From an uncultured Gammaproteobacteria bacterium (GTDB lineage Bacteria; Pseudomonadota; Gammaproteobacteria; Eutrophobiales; Eutrophobiaceae), in the NCBI GenBank assembly GCA_951812995.1, contig CATOTD010000003.1, positions 331,288 to 395,287 of the forward strand: a DNA stretch of 64,000 bases, given 5' to 3'. Both the position numbers and the translations under genes were made by a program. This document shows, in pieces, positions 52,101 to 60,675 of the stretch. The notes beneath the pieces are model-generated. The model did no database searches, had not been told where the DNA came from, and saw nothing but the letters and a program-made list of their open reading frames with translations. How positions within the stretch are numbered: position 1 is the first letter of the stretch; every line of letters begins with the position of its first letter.

Positions 52101-55100
52101 CCTGCCCTCTATTCACAACCAACAAGATCGAGGTTGCCTGCGGCGGTACATTATAACTGACTGAAGCCTGCCCTCTATTCACAACTAATATCCAATAATG
52201 ACACGAAACAAGTTTATTATAACTGACTGAAGCCTGCCCTCTATTCACAACTACTAATCGCTTGGCCAGAAACCTGTGCATATTATAACTGACTGAAGCC
52301 TGCCCTCTATTCACAACCTTCATCGCGTAGTTAATGACTGCATCCTGATTATAACTGACTGAAGCCTGCCCTCTATTCACAACACATACTATTGCTTATT
52401 ATAAGTGTATGTAATTATAACTGACTGAAGCCTGCCCTCTATTCACAACCATCGGCACAGATAGCAAAACCAAACTGATATTATAACTGACTGAAGCCTG
52501 CCCTCTATTCACAACTGTTATCGGTGCGGCGGTGCCGCGCGATTGATTATAACTGACTGAAGCCTGCCCTCTATTCACAACCTACTAATCGCTTGGCCAG
52601 AAGCCTGTGCAATTATAACTGACTGAAGCCTGCCCTCTATTCACAACGCTAGAGGCGTTGCGGCTTTAGCTTGTGTTATTATAACTGACTGAAGCCTGCC
52701 CTCTATTCACAACGCCCTTTTAGAGTTAACCTCATTATTCCCAATTATAACTGACTGAAGCCTGCCCTCTATTCACAACATGAGCAACGTCTACATCACC
52801 AGCGATGATATTATAACTGACTGAAGCCTGCCCTCTATTCACAACACATATTTACAAACGGATCGTAGTGTCGTTATTATAACTGACTGAAGCCTGCCCT
52901 CTATTCACAACCTCGACAGGCTTCGCACCAGGGTTTGATTGATTATAACTGACTGAAGCCTGCCCTCTATTCACAACAGATGATTGTATCAGTTAGTGTA
53001 TCATATTATTATAACTGACTGAAGCCTGCCCTCTATTCACAACAGTTCCAAGAGTGAGACCGACACAAGCTAAATTATAACTGACTGAAGCCTGCCCTCT
53101 ATTCACAACAGCTTTGTGGTGCCTGTCATGCGAAAGCTTATTATAACTGACTGAAGCCTGCCCTCTATTCACAACCATAGGTTGGACTATTGATACAAAT
53201 TTTAATTATAACTGACTGAAGCCTGCCCTCTATTCACAACAGGAAAATCGTGGATACAACGTAATTGGCGATTATAACTGACTGAAGCCTGCCCTCTATT
53301 CACAACAAGAATCTTAAGCTCGACCATACTAAGATAATTATAACTGACTGAAGCCTGCCCTCTATTCACAACAATAGCGGCACAAGTTCCAAGAGTGAGA
53401 CCATTATAACTGACTGAAGCCTGCCCTCTATTCACAACTCAAGCAATCAACAACCTGCGGTTTACTCGATTATAACTGACTGAAGCCTGCCCTCTATTCA
53501 CAACATTGTATCAAAATCACTAAAGCCCGAAGCCATTATAACTGACTGAAGCCTGCCCTCTATTCACAACCTATAGAGGCTTGCTCAACCCAACTATTTA
53601 ATTATAACTGACTGAAGCCTGCCCTCTATTCACAACTTCTCGAGCTCACTCCTTTCGCTGTTCACGATTATAACTGACTGAAGCCTGCCCTCTATTCACA
53701 ACAAGTGCGATCGCCGCCGATGGTTTCATACGATTATAACTGACTGAAGCCTGCCCTCTATTCACAACCCCTGCCTGGACAGGGACAACTCCATAAGAAT
53801 TATAACTGACTGAAGCCTGCCCTCTATTCACAACTCGACTACGCGGCGTTGTGCCGCGATTTTGATTATAACTGACTGAAGCCTGCCCTCTATTCACAAC
53901 CTTTACTGCAATGCTTGAGATGTCGATCGGATTATAACTGACTGAAGTCTGCCCTCTATTCACAACTTTTTGGTAAACCTAACTATATGCCTTTTGATTA
54001 TAACTGACTGAAGCCTGCCCTCTATTCACAACACGTCACAACGCGCCTGCATTTATTAATCGATTATAACTGACTGAAGCCTGCCCTCTATTCACAACTA
54101 GTTACAAAAGCTCCTACTGAAGAAGGAGATTATAACTGACTGAAGCCTGCCCTCTATTCACAACTCCGCGAGGCGTGGCCGTGCAGTTACCTGTATTATA
54201 ACTGACTGAAGCCTGCCCTCTATTCACAACCTATCCAAGTCAGCTACTTCAAACACTTCAATTATAACTGACTGAAGCCTGCCCTCTATTCACAACTTCA
54301 TTGTGCAATGCAAGAACCTGTTGCTTATTATAACTGACTGAAGCCTGCCCTCTATTCACAACCCCCAGATAACCGATCCAGTTTTAAAAGGAATTATAAC
54401 TGACTGAAGCCTGCCCTCTATTCACAACTCGTACTGACTTGACGCCTGAGGATTTACGATTATAACTGACTGAAGCCTGCCCTCTATTCACAACAAGAAC
54501 CTTAAGCTCGACCATACCAAGATAATTATAACTGACTGAAGCCTGCCCTCTATTCACAACTCTTATCGTCAATGAACCCTAAGTTATCGAATTATAACTG
54601 ACTGAAGCCTGCCCTCTATTCACAACAGGCAAAATGGCGAAAGGGTGAGACAATTCATTATAACTGACTGAAGCCTGCCCTCTATTCACAACCTTTACCA
54701 TTGTTAGCGTTATGGTCACATGATTATAACTGACTGAAGCCTGCCCTCTATTCACAACGGCAGTCCACAAAACCCCATTACAGCGATCATTATAACTGAC
54801 TGAAGCCTGCCCTCTATTCACAACCAGCCCGTGCGTTTCAAGCGCGAAAGATTTATTATAACTGACTGAAGCCTGCCCTCTATTCACAACATTTCAATAT
54901 TACGTTGAACTGGTTTCAAAATTATAACTGACTGAAGCCTGCCCTCTATTCACAACGCGCCTGGCCGCCGACCGCGCGGCGACTGAATTATAACTGACTG
55001 AAGCCTGCCCTCTATTCACAACCAGCATGTCGCGGGTCTTGCCCGCCGCTCGATTATAACTGACTGAAGCCTGCCCTCTATTCACAACTGAAGCGAGAGG

Positions 55101-55326
55101 GTGCGTTGTTCAAAATGAATTATAACTGACTGAAGCCTGCCCTCTATTCACAACTTGTAATGGGTATAGTGCTTGTTGTCATGGATTATAACTGACTGAA
55201 GCCTGCCCTCTATTCACAACGTATGCAAAGATACCCCGCGGCCTCTCTCTATTATAACTGACTGAAGCCTGCCCTCTATTCACAACTGCTTGATGACTAC
55301 CCTGTCACCAGTTCGGATTATAACTA
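37182..55326 (-). CRISPR. type II-C CRISPR array: 275 complete 36-nt repeats, 275 spacers, plus a 10-nt terminal partial repeat
   Basis: The plus-strand repeat is ATTATAACTGACTGAAGCCTGCCCTCTATTCACAAC. The crRNA sense is the reverse complement, GTTGTGAATAGAGGGCAGGCTTCAGTCAGTTATAAT. This is the GTTGT...AAT form typical of II-C and is complementary to the minus-strand tracrRNA. The period is 66 nt. 260 spacers are 30 nt and 15 are 29 nt, and the arithmetic 37218+274x66-15=55287 matches the last spacer start. One repeat carries a SNP (C->T at 53948). Confidence 0.97.
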
Positions 55327-55563
55327 GGTGTCTAACGCCCAAAGTAGCGACGCATATTAGCGTGTCTAGCCCGAATGGTAGTGTTACCTTTGTTTGTTAA
55401 GTGCTATTCGATAATAAATTACTCTAAAAATATGGGAATTATATACTTGACTCCAGCTTCACTACAAAATACAAACACAATGATTTGTTAGTTTTTTCAA
55501 GTAACAAGCTCACCATGCTCACCTGTTACCTTATGCAATTTTTCAATTGCACTCCATTTTGGG

Positions 55564-55866
55564 TTAAACCATCTTTTCTTGTCTTTCGTTTGCACGCAAC
55601 GACAATAAAAAGGTTTTTATCGGTTTTTTATCTTTGTTGAATACTGCAATATCAAGCGGATACTCTTTTTTGGTATCAGATGGCCTTACTTTTACACGCC
55701 ACTGTGGTCGTGTTTGTAATTGTTCTTTGGGGTATCCGTAATCTTCGACAAGTGTTTCGGAAAAGACTTGTACTGCTTCTACTTCTTCTGGCGTAGCTTT
55801 TACTTCTTCACCACTTATATAGTCTTTGATGTAACCTTCTCTCATTATCGTCCTGTATATCCGCAT
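55564..55866 (-). CDS. IS passenger ORF (HsdR-N-like), copy B
   Basis: The 100-aa ORF differs from copy A at one residue (MREGY vs MRAGY). Confidence 0.45.
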   Translation of the reverse strand: MRIYRTIMREGYIKDYISGEEVKATPEEVEAVQVFSETLVEDYGYPKEQLQTRPQWRVKVRPSDTKKEYPLDIAVFNKDKKPIKTFLLSLRANERQEKMV

Positions 55867-55885
55867 TCTATTTCCATTGCTTTGC

Positions 55886-56815
55886 TCATGCTAGCACCTC
55901 GCGATAGATAATCCGTTTACCTATCGCGTTGCTTATAAGTGATTCTATACGTTGATTGGTTGGTAACTTACATGGTCCGTTATTCAGTCTAAAAGTCACT
56001 TCGTTCACATAGCGATGTAAGTGTTTAGTGCTGGCATGATGCCATACCCCATACAGACCGCGTTTGAGTAAAGCCCAGACACTTTCAATGCTATTGGTAT
56101 GAATGTTGTTTGAACCCACATATTCTCCCGTACTATGGGTTACCGTACCATGCTGATAAGCAGACTGTAAATGCTGATATGACCTGTGTTCATCTGTGTA
56201 AATGGTGGCACCATATTCCACTGAACAGCCAATCTCTTTGTGCAGGGTCGGTATATCAGTTGATGGGATAGGCTTAGCCCTTGTGCGGCCACCGTGCTCA
56301 CGCATTCCGACCACTACCTGCTTGCCAGCTACGCCACGGCCTGTGCGGACTTTCTTGTGTTTGTGTTTGTTATGTTCCTTCCCACCGATATAGGTCTCAT
56401 CAATCTCAACAATGCCAGAAAGTAAATTATCTGTATTATCGTTACAGGTTTCACGAATGCGAGCCTGCATAAACCAGGCGGTCTTTTGGGTTACTCCGAT
56501 TTGTTTAGATAACTGCAAGCTAGATATGCCCTTGCGCGAGGTGACAGTTAAGTAAATAGCATATAGCCATTTATGTAGTGGAACATGAGAACGTTCAAAG
56601 ATAGTGCCGGTTCTCACCGTAAACTCACTCTTGCAGTCCCGGCATAAGTAATATCCTGTCCGCTTTCCTTTGCGCGGGGTAATACGCTTAAATTCCCCAC
56701 AATGAGGACAGGATATGTAATCTCCCCAGCGTTGTCCCTCAAAATACAATCTAGCGGCTTCAGCATCCGGAAACTGGCGAAATAACTCAAATGTGGATAT
56801 GGTATTGTCTTTCAT
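55886..56815 (-). CDS. IS1595-family transposase, copy B
   Basis: 309 aa, intact, with a handful of substitutions relative to copy A. Confidence 0.9.
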   Translation of the reverse strand: MKDNTISTFELFRQFPDAEAARLYFEGQRWGDYISCPHCGEFKRITPRKGKRTGYYLCRDCKSEFTVRTGTIFERSHVPLHKWLYAIYLTVTSRKGISSLQLSKQIGVTQKTAWFMQARIRETCNDNTDNLLSGIVEIDETYIGGKEHNKHKHKKVRTGRGVAGKQVVVGMREHGGRTRAKPIPSTDIPTLHKEIGCSVEYGATIYTDEHRSYQHLQSAYQHGTVTHSTGEYVGSNNIHTNSIESVWALLKRGLYGVWHHASTKHLHRYVNEVTFRLNNGPCKLPTNQRIESLISNAIGKRIIYREVLA

Positions 56816-56860
56816 TGATGACCCTCCGTTTTATTGCATTTTTATGTTAGATTATATGGG

Positions 56861-57766
56861 TTATCTATTGGATTCAAGTATATAATTCCCAAAAATATAG
56901 ATACAGCTAATAAGTATTACTGGCGCGGCAGCTACAACACCTATGAAATTAGAAGAATCCCCAGAATCTCCAATTAGTGCAAATATGATTAGTAGTAGCA
57001 ATGATAGTAATAAGGTAACTACCGATAACCAGTGATATCTAAAATAATTAACCCACGTCATCAACCACAGAGTAATAAGCGCAATAAAAGCTGATATTTC
57101 AAATAACAATAAGTCACTAAAAGCTAAATGACTGACTGACCCTTGAAGTATAAATAAGGCATCAGGATTGTTTAAATCTGATGTAAAGAATGAAACGAAG
57201 GAAAGCAAATATAAAGACCAAAAACTATATGAAAATAAAATGACTGATACAATCAGTTTAACTATGAGGATCATAAATTTTGCCGCACCATAATTGACCG
57301 CATAATAAATTAGACCGCCAGCCAAACCACTGTACATACATAGTTTGTGTAGCATTGTTATCGACACCATACTATGGAAGTTATTAGTGCGTGTAATCGG
57401 ATAAAATGGTTCAACATCGGTGTGCATGATGCTGTCTAAGAAGACGTGGCTAAAACTGCCGATGAATGCACTTAAAAATGAAACCCACCATGCAATATTA
57501 ATAGGTTGGTCTTTGTATAGACCTAAAATTTTAAGCCCAAGTTCTGATAAGTATTTGCCTGTCAGTGCCGATATAATAGCAATTATAAACGCACCAACAT
57601 AAGTATGCGTAAAACCATGAAGATGCCCTTCTCCTGTAATCATTATAATCAAAGGCTGGATATCCATTACAATTTGAGTCCAGCCAAATATCATTAAACT
57701 AAAGCTACCTTGTAAGATTGCTTTAATTAAGATGCCTGGACCCATGTGTACGGGGGTAAAGGGCAT
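56861..57766 (-). CDS. DUF4184-like membrane metal-dependent hydrolase family protein, 3' end replaced by IS copy B
   Basis: 301 aa. The N-terminus is MPFTPVHMGPG.., with His-rich motifs (GEGHLHGFTHTY, FSHVFLDSIMH) and a polytopic C-terminal half. The last 9 codons (GNYILESNR*) are IS-derived. Removing the IS restores ..IYIFRVIYYRIALNKQR* ending at ~55384. Confidence 0.5.
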   Translation of the reverse strand: MPFTPVHMGPGILIKAILQGSFSLMIFGWTQIVMDIQPLIIMITGEGHLHGFTHTYVGAFIIAIISALTGKYLSELGLKILGLYKDQPINIAWWVSFLSAFIGSFSHVFLDSIMHTDVEPFYPITRTNNFHSMVSITMLHKLCMYSGLAGGLIYYAVNYGAAKFMILIVKLIVSVILFSYSFWSLYLLSFVSFFTSDLNNPDALFILQGSVSHLAFSDLLLFEISAFIALITLWLMTWVNYFRYHWLSVVTLLLSLLLLIIFALIGDSGDSSNFIGVVAAAPVILISCIYIFGNYILESNR

Positions 57767-57890
57767 AATTCTCCTAAAAACCTAACGAGTCATCTGATTG
57801 TTATACGATTTTTTTGGGAATTATATACTTTACTCCAATAGATAACCCATATAATCTAACATAAAAATGCAATAAAAAGGAGGGTTATCA

Positions 57891-58822
57891 ATGAAAGACA
57901 ATACCATATCCACATTTGAGTTATTTCGCCGGTTTCCGGATGCTGAAGCCGCTAGATTGTATTTTGAGGGACAACGCGCTGGGGAGATTACATATCCTGT
58001 CCTCATTGTGGGGAATTTAAGCGTATTACCCCGCGCAAAGGAAAGCGGACAGGATATTACTTATGCCGGGACTGCAAGAGTGAGTTTACAGTGAGAACCG
58101 GCACTATCTTTGAACGTTCTCATGTTCCACTACATAAATGGCTATATGCTATTTACTTAACTGTCACCTCGCGCAAGGGCATATCTAGCTTGCAGTTATC
58201 TAAACAAATCGGCGTAACCCAAAAGACCGCCTGGTTTATGCAGGCCCGCATTCGTGAATCCTGTAACGATAATACAGATAATTTACTTTCTGGCATTGTT
58301 GAGATTGATGAGACCTATATCGGTGGGAAGGAACATAACAAACACAAACACAAGAAAGCCCGCGCAGGCCGTGGCGTAGCTGGCAAGCAGGTAGTGGTCG
58401 GAATGCGTGAGCGCGGTGGCCGCACAAGGGCTAAGCCTATCCCATCAACTGATATACCGACCCTACACAAAGAGATTGGCTGTTCAGTGGAATATGGTGC
58501 CACCATTTACACAGATGAACACAGGTCATATCAGCATTTACAGTCTGCTTATCAGCATGGTACGGTAACCCATAGTGCGGGAGAATATGTGGGTTCAAAC
58601 AACATTCATACCAATAGCATTGAAAGTGTCTGGGCTTTACTCAAACGCGGTCTGTATGGGGTATGGCCTCATGCCAGCACTAAACACTTACATCGCTATG
58701 TGAACGAAGTGACTTTTAGACTGAATAACGGACAATGTAAGTTACCAACCAATCAACGTATAGAATCACTTATAAGCAACGCGATAGGTAAACGGATTAC
58801 CTATCGCGAGGTGCTAGCATGA
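57891..58822 (+). pseudogene. IS1595-family transposase, copy C, frameshifted
   Basis: A GC insertion near 57976 (ACAACGCGCTGGGG vs ACAACGCTGGGG in A and B) splits the gene into 57891-58094 and 58091-58822. Confidence 0.85.
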
Positions 58823-58841
58823 GCAAAGCAATGGAAATAGA

Positions 58842-59144
58842 ATGCGGATATACAGGACGATAATGAGAGAAGGTTACATCAAAGACTATATAAGTGGTGA
58901 AGAAGTAAAAGCTACGCCAGAAGAAGTAGAAGCAGTACAAGTCTTTTCCGAAACACTTGTCGAAGATTACGGATACCCCAAAGAACAATTACAAACACGA
59001 CCACAGTGGCGTGTAAAAGTAAGGCCATCTGATACCAAAAAAGAGTATCCGCTTGATATTGCAGTATTCAACAAAGATAAAAAACCGATAAAAACCTTTT
59101 TATTGTCGTTGCGTGCAAACGAAAGACAAGAAAAGATGGTTTAA
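58842..59144 (+). CDS. IS passenger ORF (HsdR-N-like), copy C
   Basis: Identical protein to copy B. Confidence 0.45.
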   Translation: MRIYRTIMREGYIKDYISGEEVKATPEEVEAVQVFSETLVEDYGYPKEQLQTRPQWRVKVRPSDTKKEYPLDIAVFNKDKKPIKTFLLSLRANERQEKMV

Positions 59145-59257
59145 CCCAAAATGGAGTGCAATTGAAAAATTGCATAAGGTAACAGGTGAGCATGGTGAGC
59201 TTGTTACTTGAAAAAACTAACAAATCATTGTGTTTGTATTTTGTAGTGAAGTTGGAG

Positions 59258-60292
59258 TCAAGTATATAATTCCCATTTTTTCTTGCGAAGGAACTCTTTT
59301 AACGCATCACCATTTGATAATAAAAAGCTGTTTTGCTTATTTTCTACAAGGTGGATACCCAGATCATCCACCAGATTAGGTAATTTCTTGTTGTCTATAG
59401 ATGGAACCACTAAGAACAACTCAGTCTTAGCACTTCCATAGAAATGCTTATAACTTACCAGTTGTCCAATACCCTTGTATAATTGCCCTGAAAGAGAGCA
59501 AGATGTTTTCACCTCAAATATTGCAATAGCTCTATCTTTTTCGATAATTGCCACATCAATATTTTTGTTCTTAACTACCGAACGTCCTTGTTTCAGGCCG
59601 ATTTTCTCTAGCTGTTTTTGCAACTCATTGCAGATTGGGCCATGAAGGTATTCATACTCAGTTTCCGCCTCAATGCTACTCTTGGTTTTTTTACCTTCAT
59701 ATTCCAAACTGTTATTCCAGACAGGCGTTATTAATGGCACGCCGCCATTATCTGATTGCTTATACTTTTCTTTTAGGTCATTAACCGATGATACAAAACT
59801 TGCAATCTGGTTTCCTATATCCGGGGATGTTAAAGCGGCAATTGGAATGATAGGATTGGTTTGCTCACCATCACTAACATCAATCAACCATTTGTCAAAG
59901 TACGAATGAGCAAACTCTTTTTTTATCCTTTTCCCGGCAGTGAAAATCCCTCGGCTACAGAGCCAAATATCCTTTCCTTTTTTTACATATACGCCAGATG
60001 TGTTGCGATCCGGTGTGAGCGGAATATTTATTTCAACATCTGGAGAAAGAGTGGACTTATCCAGCGAAAAGGTAAATAAATGTGGGACTCTATTGTTCCA
60101 TTGACCCTCGGGTATGCCTATCCTTAAAGTTCCCTCGCTCGTCTTCAGTTTGTAGGTTTCTATATCAACTTTTTCGCCACTTGGAAATGACCATTGACGT
60201 TTTTCATTACCGGAAGAGGCATCTTTAATGCGTTTTCTAAATTGCTTGATAGCGGCTTGAATGTCATTTTCTTGTGTAATTACGTGTGGCAT
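59258..60292 (-). CDS. hypothetical protein with C-terminal PD-(D/E)xK nuclease-like domain; last 5 codons are IS-derived
   Basis: 344 aa. The C-terminal part has ..NIDVAIIEKDRAIAIFEVKTS..LYKGIGQLVSY.., the D...E-x-K plus QL..Y pattern of restriction-endonuclease-like folds. The native frame ends ..EFLRKKK, then runs into IS copy C (WELYT*). Confidence 0.5.
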   Translation of the reverse strand: MPHVITQENDIQAAIKQFRKRIKDASSGNEKRQWSFPSGEKVDIETYKLKTSEGTLRIGIPEGQWNNRVPHLFTFSLDKSTLSPDVEINIPLTPDRNTSGVYVKKGKDIWLCSRGIFTAGKRIKKEFAHSYFDKWLIDVSDGEQTNPIIPIAALTSPDIGNQIASFVSSVNDLKEKYKQSDNGGVPLITPVWNNSLEYEGKKTKSSIEAETEYEYLHGPICNELQKQLEKIGLKQGRSVVKNKNIDVAIIEKDRAIAIFEVKTSCSLSGQLYKGIGQLVSYKHFYGSAKTELFLVVPSIDNKKLPNLVDDLGIHLVENKQNSFLLSNGDALKEFLRKKKWELYT

Positions 60293-60675
60293 ATTGATGT
60301 CTCCTGTTCTTGTATAACAACCAAATTCACCAGCGGCGTTAGCTGCGGCTAGATTTTTAAATTTTTCTGACTAATTCTAACTATAGATTATGTAGCATAA
60401 CTATATGTTAGTCAACCACATTGACAAACAAAATTAGTTTCAAGGATTATGTAGCGCTTTGACTACCCTCGCCCTTTATCCCTGGCACAGCCACCAAACC
60501 CAAATAGGCGTTTTTTGTTTTGGCAGGATACGTTTATTCCTCTTTTATATGTCGCTAATCATGTTTTAACGACATATACTTACAGAATAAAAAATACCTG
60601 AACAAGCGTTGGTCGCCATTGCGGCAATCTCTGATCTAATGGTAGCCACATCAACCTTATTGTAATGATAATATT

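Larger units (their letters stand above)
55434..56890 (-). mobile_element. IS1595-family insertion sequence, copy B (1457 bp) with 8-bp target duplication AAAAATAT
   Basis: It has the same architecture and near-identical sequence to copy A. Identical 8-mers lie at 55426-55433 and 56891-56898. It interrupts the 3' end of the DUF4184-like gene. Confidence 0.9.
57816..59274 (+). mobile_element. IS1595-family insertion sequence, copy C (1459 bp), inverted relative to A and B
   Basis: It has the same IRs. The flanks are ATTTTTTT (57808-57815) and ATTTTTTC (59275-59282), a 7/8 match. A 2-bp insertion relative to A and B explains the length. Confidence 0.85.

Noticed and set aside
37343-55085. Dozens of minus-strand ORFs (60-275 aa) encoding reiterated VVNRGQASVSYN peptides.
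   Set aside because: They are an artefact of the 66-nt (22-codon) repeat-spacer period. That period keeps one frame of the stop-free repeat open across units. They break wherever a spacer has a stop or is 29 nt. They are not genes.
37182-55326. Array transcribed on the plus strand, the same direction as cas9-cas1-cas2.
   Set aside because: The anti-repeat region only forms a tracrRNA-like RNA, with hairpins and a terminator, on the minus strand. The repeat reads GTTGT..ATAAT only in minus sense. Flanks reconstructed from overlapping spacers show a conserved position (C at +5) only for the minus sense.
30161-56890. CRISPR-Cas locus as cargo of a composite transposon formed by IS1595 copies A and B.
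   Set aside because: Each copy has its own perfect 8-bp target duplication: ATATAAAA around A and AAAAATAT around B. A composite insertion would instead show one duplication at the two outer ends. They are independent insertions, although they could still mediate recombination.
55434-59274. DUF4184-like gene as cargo of a composite transposon formed by inverted copies B and C.
   Set aside because: The same argument applies: B and C each carry their own flanking duplication. Removing B restores a continuous reading frame of the gene into 55384-55433.
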